This document shows, piece after piece, positions 49,701 to 58,458 of a DNA stretch of 64,000 nt; position 1 is the stretch's first letter, and every line of letters begins with the position of its first letter. The position numbers were made by a program, and so were the translations under genes. The DNA is from an uncultured Actinomycetes bacterium. Lineage in GTDB: Bacteria; Actinomycetota; UBA4738; HRBIN12. The notes under the pieces are model-generated. The model saw nothing but the letters and a program-made list of their open reading frames with translations. It was not told the DNA's origin and made no database searches. The stretch spans positions 960,001-1,024,000 of the forward strand of contig OY969934.1 in the NCBI GenBank assembly GCA_963704725.1, in the 5' to 3' direction.

Positions 49701-50864
49701 TCACCTGTTGAGTTGTCGAGCCAGGTCCTCGAACATGTCGGCGATTTCGATGCGGGAAAGCCCTTCAGGCATCCCCATGGCAGGTCCGTACGCCAGGTTC
49801 AAGAAGCAGCCGAGCACCACGTCGACCTCCGATGCGTCCGCGTCAAGGGAATGCCACGAAGCGTAGTCGCCAGCCGGCTTCGGCTCCCGACGAAGACGCG
49901 GAGAGAAGGCCCGCGCCGTATCCACCTTGCCGACCAGGACATCGAACTCGTCTTCGCCCAGATCATCGATGGTGTGGTCAGTGACTCTCGCCCACGTTTC
50001 GAAGAGCTCCGGGCTGCCTCGCAACTCGAAGGCCTTGGGCGCGAGCTCCATGGTGGTACGTGCGACTTGGAGCGCTTCCCGTAGCACGTCTCGGGCGCCG
50101 AGACGTGATTGCATCCGGCTCCGATGGAGACCCTGGGCAATGAGAAGCGCCGTGGCGCCATCGCGCGCTTGCAAGTCCGGATCGGCGCCGTTCGCCAGGA
50201 GGATGCAGACGACCGAATCATGACCCCGCTCCACAGCGTGCATCAAGGCTGTCCGACCTGCCTCATCCATTGCGTTTGCGTCGGCGCCCGCTTGGAGCAG
50301 CGTATCGATCCCTGCCGGGTCGTTGAGTCGAGCAGCGAGGACAACGATCGGCGTGCCGTCTCCTCGTCTCTCGTTGGGATCTTCCCTACCTGAGAGGAGG
50401 ACTCTGAGGACCGCTGGCACGGCCGTGTGCTCGACCGCGCCGACGATCAGCGGTTCCTCTCGAGGCAGAGCCGCCGCGCCAGCGCCCAAGAGTGCTTCGA
50501 GGATCTTGACCTTCGACCTCGAATCGGGCGGGGGACGGAGGATCTCGTGAGCGATGCTTCCGCGCTTGTCTCCGAAGTTGGGGTCAGCGCCATGCTCGAG
50601 GAGAAGGGACACCACTTCGGCGTGACCGTGGATCGCTGCCGCTCGAAGAGGCGTCCACTCGCGGCCGCTGACCGAGTCTGGAGATGCCCCAGCATTGAGA
50701 AGCAGCCGAACGATCTCGACCGCTCCGTCCTGAGCCGCTATGGCGAGTGCTGTATTGCCTCGCGGCGGCGCGGGAAGATTGGGATCGGATCCAGAGCGGA
50801 GAGCGCGACCGACCCCCTCCAGGTCGTTGGCTCGAACAGCGTCCACGAGTTCGTCGCTTTCCAC
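49701..50864 (-). CDS. Ankyrin-repeat protein with an unrecognised C-terminal domain
   Basis: GNTALAIAA, WTPLRAAA, GRTALMHAV, GADP repeats; start at GTG 50864 or ATG 50873. Confidence 0.88.
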   Translation of the reverse strand: MESDELVDAVRANDLEGVGRALRSGSDPNLPAPPRGNTALAIAAQDGAVEIVRLLLNAGASPDSVSGREWTPLRAAAIHGHAEVVSLLLEHGADPNFGDKRGSIAHEILRPPPDSRSKVKILEALLGAGAAALPREEPLIVGAVEHTAVPAVLRVLLSGREDPNERRGDGTPIVVLAARLNDPAGIDTLLQAGADANAMDEAGRTALMHAVERGHDSVVCILLANGADPDLQARDGATALLIAQGLHRSRMQSRLGARDVLREALQVARTTMELAPKAFELRGSPELFETWARVTDHTIDDLGEDEFDVLVGKVDTARAFSPRLRREPKPAGDYASWHSLDADASEVDVVLGCFLNLAYGPAMGMPEGLSRIEIADMFEDLARQLNR

Positions 50865-50967
50865 AAGAACCATCCTAGCGTCGCGTCTCGGGGGTTTGAT
50901 TACCGTCCGCTAAACCCCCCTTTCAGCGTGGCAGGCGCGGCCGTCGGGTCGGCCTCCGCCGGGGCAA

Positions 50968-51345
50968 TCAGTACGGAGCCCGCAGCCCCTCGATCATGGG
51001 GAAGTGCCGCACATTCGTGGTGAGCAGATCTGCCTCGAAGACGATCGCGGTTGCGGCGATCAAGTAGTCGGCGTCGTCGATGCCACTGTGGCTGCGCCTG
51101 AGGCGGTGGGCGAGGGTGCCGGCAGTCCTGCCGATCTCCTCATCGATCGGCGCCCACTCGAGCGAGGAGAAGAATGCCTCCAAGGCCTTCATCTCGGCCT
51201 TCCGAACGCCGGCCAGCAGCTCGAACCGCGTGATCTCGCTTGCGACGAGGGTCTCACCTTCGGAGATCAGGCCGGTGAGCAACTGCGTGGCGGTCGACGC
51301 GCCTCGGAGGTGATCCACGGCGATCGTCGTGTCGATGAGCTTCAC
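50968..51345 (-). CDS. vapC: VapC PIN-domain toxin
   Basis: [26 protein letters not shown]. Confidence 0.92.
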   Translation of the reverse strand: MKLIDTTIAVDHLRGASTATQLLTGLISEGETLVASEITRFELLAGVRKAEMKALEAFFSSLEWAPIDEEIGRTAGTLAHRLRRSHSGIDDADYLIAATAIVFEADLLTTNVRHFPMIEGLRAPY

Positions 51346-51602
51346 TCGAGGCCGACGCGCCGAAGCCGCTCGTTCAGGTCACCGCGCAAAGCATCCACGT
51401 ACTCCTCCCCGGTGAAGCGCCTTCGCTTCCAGCTTGCCGCGCTTCGACGGAGACCCTCCAGGCGGGCCTCCTGCGATGGCTCGCCGAACGTCCTCTGGAT
51501 CGCGCGACGAATCAACTCGGATCGTGAAGCACCGGTCTCCGTGGCCACCTGATCGAGCAGCTCCAGCTCATCCTGACCCAGGTAGACCTGTGTCCGTCCC
51601 AT
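51342..51602 (-). CDS. vapB: RHH/CopG antitoxin
   Basis: RTQVYL...[10 protein letters not shown]; ATGA overlap with vapC. Confidence 0.88.
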   Translation of the reverse strand: MGRTQVYLGQDELELLDQVATETGASRSELIRRAIQRTFGEPSQEARLEGLRRSAASWKRRRFTGEEYVDALRGDLNERLRRVGLE

Positions 51603-51608
51603 GCCGCC

Positions 51609-51628
51609 ACTATACACCACATGGTGTA
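51609..51628 (-). promoter_or_regulatory. vapBC -10 box (TATAGT) overlapping the palindromic operator TACACCA-N2-TGGTGTA
   Basis: Perfect 7-bp inverted repeat at 51613-51628; -10 box 6 nt before the ATG. Confidence 0.7.
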
Positions 51629-51678
51629 CCGGTCTGAATGCGTCGGGTTCGGGCTACGGATGGACGACGGCGGCGCGA

Positions 51679-53742
51679 TCACGGTTGATCGACGGGCGGT
51701 TCCTGCTCGCTCGGCGGCTCCGGGAGACTCGAGGACGGCGGCTCCGGTGCCGGCCTGCGCCTGCGGCGCCGTGGCTCGACCTGCTCCGGCAGATGCTTGC
51801 CGTCCGCGCCGGAGGCGGCGAGCGTGCGCATGAGCACGGCGGCGAGACCGTCCAGGCTGCCGCCTCCGCCCGTTACGAGGACATCCGGCATGACGTCGAC
51901 CTGACCCTCCGCGATCGCGTTGATCGCGTTGACGATGGCCGTGGCCGGCCCGCCGAGGGCCTTGCGCTGCTCGTCGAAGCCCCTGGCCCGGGCCAGGCCC
52001 AGGGCCTCGGTGGCGCTGGCGTTGGCTCCTCCGATCGCCTGGATCTTGGAGGCCTCGGCCTGGCCGGTGAGCTTCACGTAGGCGGCCTCGCCCTCGCCCT
52101 CGGCCTCGCGCGCCTGAGCCTCGTTGCGGCGGATCTCGACCCCGACCTGGGCCTGCGCCAGCCGCGCCTGCATCTCAGCCGTCCCCTTGGCCTTCTCCAT
52201 CTGGACCCGCTCGGTCTGCGCGCGCTCCTGCTCCTGGAACGTCGCCTTCTCTTGGTTGGCGATCTCCCGCTGGGTCAGGACCCGAACCAGCTCCTCCGGG
52301 AACGCGACGTCCTGGATGTACACACCCTTCGTCTCGACCTCGTACGTGGCGAGGTAGGTCCGGATCGAGGCCAGCGCCTGCTCCTGCACCGACTGGCGGG
52401 TCTCGATGAACGTGACCGCCGGCAGCCCCTGCAGCTTGTCGCGGAAGTGGTTGCCGACCGCCGACTGCAGGACCTCGTTGACGAGGTTGAGCATGGTGCC
52501 GACCATCGAGATGACCTTGGGCGCCCGCGTGTCCGGCACGTGGATCTGGACCTGCAGGTCGATCGTGAAGACGAACCCCTCCCGGCTCTTCGCCTCGATC
52601 GGCTTGAGGTTCGCGTCCAGGTTGTGGGCGAGAGAGCTCGCCTCCGCCCAGTTCAGCGTGAGGATCGCGGTCGGGACGATCTCGGCCGCGTAGATCCGGC
52701 GGTTGATCGCGTACTTCCCGGTGCGCAGCGGCTCCTGCCAGATGCCGCGGTGCCCGGGTCGCACGAGCGAGCCGAACTTGAACTCGTCACCGGAGGTGTC
52801 GAGCGTCGAGAGCCCGACGTACGCCTTGATCACGGCGACCTCGCCCTGGTTCACGACGAGCATGGGGGTCATCTCGACCCGGACCAGGAACGGGTTCAGG
52901 AGGTAGGCGCCGTACAGGAGCGGGTCGTGCTGCAGGCCGATCTTGCCGCCGCCGTCCAGGAAGGCCTGGAAGTCCTGGTAGTTGTTGTGGAGGTTGTTCT
53001 TGCTGCCGAGCAGCGCCTCGATGACCTCGCCGTCGGTCGGGTTGCCCGCCTCCATCTCGAGGATGTCGGCGAAGCCGCCCAGCCGGTTGGCGATGTCGCC
53101 GGAGTCGAGCGGATCGCCCTCCAGCGTCGTGACGATCCCGATCTGGTCGACGTCCCCGTACGGCGCGATCACGACCACCCGGAGCTGATCCGGTTGCAGG
53201 CCGAACGACTCGGCGGCGAGCCCCTCATGAGAGGCGACCGCGGCGAGATCCGGGGAGACCGGCAGTCCGTAGACCGCGCCCCGCGTGATGACGAGGAAGC
53301 CCACCGGGTGGATCGGCACCAGCGTGCCCGGGGGCAGGACCGGCCTCTGCACGCCCTTCTGCCCGGCGTTGCCCACGAAGCTCTTCAGGTCGGAGAAGTT
53401 CGCGAAGATCGTCTTGTACGCCCCGCTTTTGGCCCCGATGGGAAGGGGCGCTCCGACCTGGGCGATCACGACGCCGATCTCGCCCGCGGGGACCTGGACC
53501 CACGGGAACTTGCTCACGCTGTACACCGGCCACGGCTTGATCCGGATCCCCGGCATGAGGAGGTCGGCCTGGTATCCGGCCTCGCCGGCGAAGGCGATGG
53601 GGTTGTCCTCGGCGAGCTTGCGCCGCGCGAAGTTCTTCTTCACCAGGCCCACCTGCGTGGCGCCGATCAGGTGGAACGACTTCATGAACACGATGAGCAC
53701 GAGCAAACCGACGACCCCGATCGCGATCCAGGTGGCGACCAC
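51679..53742 (-). CDS. SPFH (band 7/flotillin-like) domain protein
   Basis: N-terminal TM, GQKGVQR and GKIGLQ repeats, SREGFVF SPFH domain, EA-rich coiled coil. Confidence 0.85.
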   Translation of the reverse strand: MVATWIAIGVVGLLVLIVFMKSFHLIGATQVGLVKKNFARRKLAEDNPIAFAGEAGYQADLLMPGIRIKPWPVYSVSKFPWVQVPAGEIGVVIAQVGAPLPIGAKSGAYKTIFANFSDLKSFVGNAGQKGVQRPVLPPGTLVPIHPVGFLVITRGAVYGLPVSPDLAAVASHEGLAAESFGLQPDQLRVVVIAPYGDVDQIGIVTTLEGDPLDSGDIANRLGGFADILEMEAGNPTDGEVIEALLGSKNNLHNNYQDFQAFLDGGGKIGLQHDPLLYGAYLLNPFLVRVEMTPMLVVNQGEVAVIKAYVGLSTLDTSGDEFKFGSLVRPGHRGIWQEPLRTGKYAINRRIYAAEIVPTAILTLNWAEASSLAHNLDANLKPIEAKSREGFVFTIDLQVQIHVPDTRAPKVISMVGTMLNLVNEVLQSAVGNHFRDKLQGLPAVTFIETRQSVQEQALASIRTYLATYEVETKGVYIQDVAFPEELVRVLTQREIANQEKATFQEQERAQTERVQMEKAKGTAEMQARLAQAQVGVEIRRNEAQAREAEGEGEAAYVKLTGQAEASKIQAIGGANASATEALGLARARGFDEQRKALGGPATAIVNAINAIAEGQVDVMPDVLVTGGGGSLDGLAAVLMRTLAASGADGKHLPEQVEPRRRRRRPAPEPPSSSLPEPPSEQEPPVDQP

Positions 53743-53867
53743 GAAGACCCCTTTCGACCGACCTCACCGCTCGCGACGCGCGCCGAGCCGCACGCATGCC
53801 TTTCGATGCAACAACGTACTCCGTCCGGCGGGTGGCCGCCGAGGTGCGAACCCGATCGTCGATCAGC

Positions 53868-54467
53868 TCACCGGCCGCCGAACCGCCAGTCGTGGATCTC
53901 GACGCTCGTGTAGAGCTCGGCCCGCACATAGGGATCGTCCGTCAGCATCGCGTCGAGCGCGGCACGATCGGGCCTCTCGACGAGCGCCGCCGTGCCGAGC
54001 CACGTCTCGCCGTCGTCGGCCAGCAGCGGCCCGCGCGCGATGAACGCATCGCGGTGACGGTCGAGGTGGCGACGGCGCTCGTCGCGGAACGGATCACGCC
54101 TCTCGGCGCCGTCCGATGCGCCGTGGCCGATGATCAGGAACCGTCGGTTGCGGACGGGATCGCCCTCGAACTCCCACATCGTGCGTCCCAGGACGTTGCG
54201 CCACCGCCGGATGAGCACGTCGTCGTACACGCCGGCTCGGTAGTTGGGCTCCTCGAAGGCGAAGACCCTCGCCGCCTCGGCGTCGGGGAGATCGACCATG
54301 TGCATGCTGCCGGTCGCCGACTCGCCGTCCGGGGCCAGCGTGGGGCCTCGCGCGATCATCGCGTCGGCGTACGCATCCATGAACGATTGGTGCGCCTCGG
54401 ATAGCTCGGGATCCTCGCGCATGGGCGCGCTGCCGGGGCGGTCGCGGCAGTAGAAGAAGTACTCCAT
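53868..54467 (-). CDS. YciI family protein (tandem domains)
   Basis: Two ARGP(T/L)L motifs; EPNY and DPYV. Confidence 0.85.
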   Translation of the reverse strand: MEYFFYCRDRPGSAPMREDPELSEAHQSFMDAYADAMIARGPTLAPDGESATGSMHMVDLPDAEAARVFAFEEPNYRAGVYDDVLIRRWRNVLGRTMWEFEGDPVRNRRFLIIGHGASDGAERRDPFRDERRRHLDRHRDAFIARGPLLADDGETWLGTAALVERPDRAALDAMLTDDPYVRAELYTSVEIHDWRFGGR

Positions 54468-57400
54468 GGCGGGATCCTCCCATCGGCGGCGACCGCGCGC
54501 GGGGTGGAGCCGTCGTCGTCCTCGATCGTCACCGTGCCGCTCCCGTCGCCGATCGTGCCGCCCGACGGGTTGGAGAGCACGACGGAGAAGGTCTCGTCGG
54601 GCTCGACGATCGTGTCGCCGATGATCGTCACCGGGATCGTCTCCGACGTATCTCCCGGCGCGAAGGTCACGTTCCCCGAGGCCGGGGCGAAGTCCTGGCG
54701 CGGCACCGCCGTGTCGGCGACCGCGACGTAGTCCGCGCGCACCGTTGCCGCGCTCGGGTTCGACAGCCGGACGGTCAGGACGAGGGTGCGCGCCCCGCCC
54801 GTGCCCTCCACGGTCGAGCCGTCCCCGATCGAGATCGCGGGCGCCTGGTCGTCGTCTCGGATCGTGACGATCGCCCGGCCGTCGTCGATCGACGCCCGGT
54901 TCGGGTCCGACAGCTCGACGACGAGGGTCTCGTCCGGCTCGTCGACGGGGTCTTGGACGATCGGCACGGGGATCTCCGCTGCCGTCTCTCCGGGGTCGAA
55001 CGCGAGCTGACCCGAGACGGGCGTGAAGTCCGAGCCCGCGGACGCGGTGTCCGGTGTGGTCGCGTAGTGGACGGTGACCCGTTCGGAGCTGGCGGTGGTC
55101 AGGGTGACGGTGAGCGTCGCGCTTCCCGAGCCCTCGGCGGCAGAGGCGTCGTCGATCGAGGCCGCCGGCGGGGCGTCGTCGTCCCGGATCGTGCCCGTCG
55201 CCCGAGCGTCCGCGATCTCCGCGTGCTCGGCGTGGGACAGGTTCACGAAGAAGCGCTCGTCCGGCTCGTCGATCGTGTCGCCGACGATCCGGACCGAGAT
55301 CTGCCGGCTCGTCTGGCCCGGGGAGAAGCGAACGGTCCCGGAGGCCGCCTGGACGTCCTGGCCGACCGCGGCGGTGCCGGATACGACCTCGTAGCGCACG
55401 CTCACGGAGTCACCGGGCGGCTCGGAGAGGGTCAGCGTGAACGCGAGCGCCGACGTGCCCGAGTCCCCCTCGGCGGTGGCCCGGTCCGCGATCGCGAGCG
55501 CCGGAACCGGGACGTCCGACGGTTCGTCGTCGTCCCGGATCGTCACGATCCCCTGGGCGTCGAGGATGCGGGCGCCGCCGGTCCCCTCGGACAGCCGGAC
55601 GGCGAACGTCTCGTCCGGCTCCTCGACCGTGTCGCCGAGGATGGGCACCCGGATCGCGGCGTCGGTGTCGCCGGGGTCGAACGAGACGGTGCCCGAGCCG
55701 TCCGTGTAGTCGAGGCCGGCCGTCGCCGTCCCGTCCCGCGTCTCCCAGCGCACGGCGATCCGATCGGGAGCGGGCGCCGAGAGCGACACGGTCACCACAG
55801 CAACGCCGTCGCCCTCCGCGACCGAGGGGCTCGAGATCGTCACGTCGGGCGCGACCGTTCGCGCCACGATCGTGGCCCGGCCCCGCCGGTCGCCGAGCGT
55901 CGCGTTCGTGGGGTCGGCCAGCTCGACGAAGAGGGTCTCGTCCGGCTCGACCTCGTCGTCCGCCAGGATCCTCACCTCGATCACCGCCTCGGTCTCGCCC
56001 GGCGCGAGCGTCAACCGGCCGCGAACCGGGCGGTAGTCCCGGTCCCGCCGCGCCGTCCCGTCGCTCGTGGCGAACCCGACCTCGACCGGCTCCTGGCTGG
56101 GGGCCGAGAGCTCGACGAGGAGCGAGGCCGACGCGTTCCCGGACCTCGGCTCCTGGACGACGTCGTCACCGATCGCGAGCACCGGTAGTGGCCCGCCCGG
56201 CTCGACCGTCTCGCCGGGGTCCTGGATCACGAACGGCCCCACGTGGACCGTGCTGGTCCACTCGCCGTCCTCGCCCTCGGTGCGGAGATGGAAGAACCAC
56301 GGGCCGTCCTCGAGCGGGGGGCTCGACGTCGACGTCGTGTCACCGGGGAGATCGGCCTCGGCGTCGGGGAGGTCCTCGGCGCCGAGCGTCCACTCCACCG
56401 AGTACGACACGGCGTCCCCGACCCGCGACCACACCACGACGACGACGCGCTCGCCCGACGGGACGCCGATCTCGTGCGTCGTGCTCCGCACGTCGAAGGG
56501 ATCCGAGACGGGGGCCGGCCCCCCGGCGAGCGCCAGTACCCCGGCGGTGCCGCCGATCACCGCGACGGCGAGCGCCGCGGCCAGGAGGGTCTTCGTCCGC
56601 CGGGCGGCGCTCGTCAGCCGCCTTCGGAGCCCGCGCCCTCCGAGATCGTGCCGGGGAGCGTCCATCCCGGAGGCGACGTTGCGCCATAGGTCGTCGATGA
56701 GCCCGGCCGCCGCCGGCACCGGCGCCAGGCCGGCCAGGATCTCGATGGGCGAGACGAAACGCCGCTTGCTCTCGCCGCACGTCTCGCACTCGCGAAGGTG
56801 CGTCCGGATCTCGGCGTGGACCCGGCGCGTGAGCTCGGTCGCTCCCAGACTCGTGAGGATCGCGTCGAGCTCGGGACACTCGCGCCGCCCTCGCCGCATC
56901 AGCAGCATCGACGTCACCGTCTCCTCGACCGAGTCCCGGAGACGCGACAGCCGCGTGTACACCGCTCCCTTCTTCAGGCCGAGGGCGTCGGCGATCTCGT
57001 CGGCGCTCAGGTCCCGACGCACGTGCAGGTCGAGCAGGGCGTACTCCTGCGGGCTGAGGGCGGCCGCGGCGGCCCAGACGAGCGCCGCGACCTCTCGGTC
57101 CTGCGCCGTCGCCTCCGGATCGGACCGGCGTCCCGCCGGCACCGTGGCGAAGACGTCCTCCGTCTCGTCACCGGTGTCGCGCGCCGTGACCTCGCGGCCC
57201 CGCCGCCGCACCTCGTCGATCGCGGCGTTGCGGGCGACGGCGTAGAGCCACGCCTTCACGTTCCTCACGTCCGTCGAGCGCTGGAGCTGCGTCCAGGCCT
57301 TGAGGAACGCGCCCTGCACGACGTCGGCGGCGGCGTCGCGGTCGCGCGTGATGCGGGCGGCGAAGTCGTACAACCCGTCCACGTGGCGCCGGTACAGGAG

Positions 57401-57484
57401 CGAGAACGCCTCGCGGTCGCCCCGCGCGGCGGCCGCGGCGAGCGTCTCGTCGGGCGGGATCTCGTGTGGAGGTGTCGGCCGCAT
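54356..57484 (-). CDS. ECF sigma factor fused to a ZAS zinc finger, TM helix, FN3-like domain and five Calx-beta repeats
   Basis: Sigma2 DVVQGAFLKAW/WLYAVARN; sigma4 EIADALG...VYTRLSR; HLRECETC; TM; five EPDE(T/R)-containing Calx-beta repeats. Confidence 0.88.
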   Translation of the reverse strand: MRPTPPHEIPPDETLAAAAARGDREAFSLLYRRHVDGLYDFAARITRDRDAAADVVQGAFLKAWTQLQRSTDVRNVKAWLYAVARNAAIDEVRRRGREVTARDTGDETEDVFATVPAGRRSDPEATAQDREVAALVWAAAAALSPQEYALLDLHVRRDLSADEIADALGLKKGAVYTRLSRLRDSVEETVTSMLLMRRGRRECPELDAILTSLGATELTRRVHAEIRTHLRECETCGESKRRFVSPIEILAGLAPVPAAAGLIDDLWRNVASGMDAPRHDLGGRGLRRRLTSAARRTKTLLAAALAVAVIGGTAGVLALAGGPAPVSDPFDVRSTTHEIGVPSGERVVVVVWSRVGDAVSYSVEWTLGAEDLPDAEADLPGDTTSTSSPPLEDGPWFFHLRTEGEDGEWTSTVHVGPFVIQDPGETVEPGGPLPVLAIGDDVVQEPRSGNASASLLVELSAPSQEPVEVGFATSDGTARRDRDYRPVRGRLTLAPGETEAVIEVRILADDEVEPDETLFVELADPTNATLGDRRGRATIVARTVAPDVTISSPSVAEGDGVAVVTVSLSAPAPDRIAVRWETRDGTATAGLDYTDGSGTVSFDPGDTDAAIRVPILGDTVEEPDETFAVRLSEGTGGARILDAQGIVTIRDDDEPSDVPVPALAIADRATAEGDSGTSALAFTLTLSEPPGDSVSVRYEVVSGTAAVGQDVQAASGTVRFSPGQTSRQISVRIVGDTIDEPDERFFVNLSHAEHAEIADARATGTIRDDDAPPAASIDDASAAEGSGSATLTVTLTTASSERVTVHYATTPDTASAGSDFTPVSGQLAFDPGETAAEIPVPIVQDPVDEPDETLVVELSDPNRASIDDGRAIVTIRDDDQAPAISIGDGSTVEGTGGARTLVLTVRLSNPSAATVRADYVAVADTAVPRQDFAPASGNVTFAPGDTSETIPVTIIGDTIVEPDETFSVVLSNPSGGTIGDGSGTVTIEDDDGSTPRAVAADGRIPPWSTSSTAATAPAARPCARIPSYPRRTNRSWMRTPTR

Positions 57485-57556
57485 CGTCGCGCCTTCGGAT
57501 CGGGGCGTCGCCGATCGTGGCGGGGAGACGGCAGCGGGGTCAAGGTCGTGCTCCAC

Positions 57557-57691
57557 TCAGCCGGCCGGTCCCCCGGCCGAGGCCCGTACCAGGTCCCAGA
57601 ACCGGCGGTCCTGCAGGAGCTGGTGCTCGAGCTCGTGGACGGCCCAGGGCTCCGGGGCCGCGAACCGCTCTCCGCACCACCGGCACTCCAT
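57557..57691 (-). CDS. 44-aa C2H2 zinc-finger microprotein, absent from the ORF track
   Basis: MECRWCGERFAAPEPWAVHELEHQLLQDRRFWDLVRASAGGPAG; RBS GGAGGCGGTGAGGAC. Confidence 0.7.
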   Translation of the reverse strand: MECRWCGERFAAPEPWAVHELEHQLLQDRRFWDLVRASAGGPAG

Positions 57692-57742
57692 GTCCTCACC
57701 GCCTCCCGGTCCCGAGCCGCCGTCGGCGGCTCTGCAGAAGAA

Positions 57743-57804
57743 GACGGACGGGAGCGCCGGACCTTACGGAAGGGGCCGTGTAAGGTTCCCGGCCCTCGTC
57801 CGTC
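57743..57804. promoter_or_regulatory. Two divergent ECF-type promoters GTAAGG-N15-CGTC
   Basis: Plus strand 57780-57804 and minus strand 57767-57743, with identical boxes and spacing. Confidence 0.65.
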
Positions 57805-57874
57805 GTACCCCCGAGCCGCCCGACCGGGCGGGAGAGAGCGGGCCCCGGAGGGGGCCCGGGAAGGGAGGTACGAG

Positions 57875-58444
57875 ATGGGCGAGGGGCGGAGGAAGCCTCG
57901 GTCGGGCAAGGCGCGGGTCGCGATGCTGCTGCTGACCGGCGCGGTGGTGGGGTCCATGCTGGCCGGTCCCGTCGCGAGCGCGGCGGGTGGGTTCGGTCCG
58001 GTCTGGAAGTTCGTCAAGTCCCGGCTCTCGGCGCCGGGCACGATCAACGCCGACCGCAACCCGGTCGACTGGTCGAGGCTGAAGAACGTCCCCGACGGGT
58101 TCGCCGACGGCGTCGACGAGCTCGGCGGCGTGGGTACCATCGCGATCCGCGAGGACAGCGTCCAGATCCCCGGAGGCGTCGCGCAGAACGGCGCGTACGC
58201 CGTCGCGAGCGTCACCCGGTACTGCGGCGACGGCGAGCGGGCCCTGTTCGCGAACGCCTACTACGACGGCGATCTGAACGGCGCCAGCGTGGGGGGCGAC
58301 AACGACCAGGAGCTCACGATCGCCTCGCTGAGGTTCGTCACCCAGGGAAACGGGGACGAGGGATACACCGTGTGGGGCGGCAACGACTCGGGCACTGACC
58401 ACACGCTGACGCTGCAGGTGCACTGCTTGCTGGCCGAAGTGTAG
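57875..58444 (+). CDS. Secreted protein of unknown function
   Basis: AAGGGAGG RBS, signal peptide ending VASA, NPVDWSRLKNVPDGFADGVD motif, two Cys. Confidence 0.78.
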   Translation: MGEGRRKPRSGKARVAMLLLTGAVVGSMLAGPVASAAGGFGPVWKFVKSRLSAPGTINADRNPVDWSRLKNVPDGFADGVDELGGVGTIAIREDSVQIPGGVAQNGAYAVASVTRYCGDGERALFANAYYDGDLNGASVGGDNDQELTIASLRFVTQGNGDEGYTVWGGNDSGTDHTLTLQVHCLLAEV

Positions 58445-58458
58445 CCCGTCGGATTGCG

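Larger units (their letters stand above)
36019..50929. mobile_element. Genomic island integrated in the tRNA-Ala 3' end
   Basis: Serine recombinase abuts the tRNA; Replic_Relax gene; degenerate direct repeat 36019-36043 vs 50905-50929 (20/25); cargo of atypical composition. Right boundary tentative. Confidence 0.75.

Noticed and set aside
54356-54467. 112-nt overlap of the ECF fusion tail with yciI
   Set aside because: The tail after the last Calx-beta repeat looks like run-on sequence from a lost stop; no sign of function
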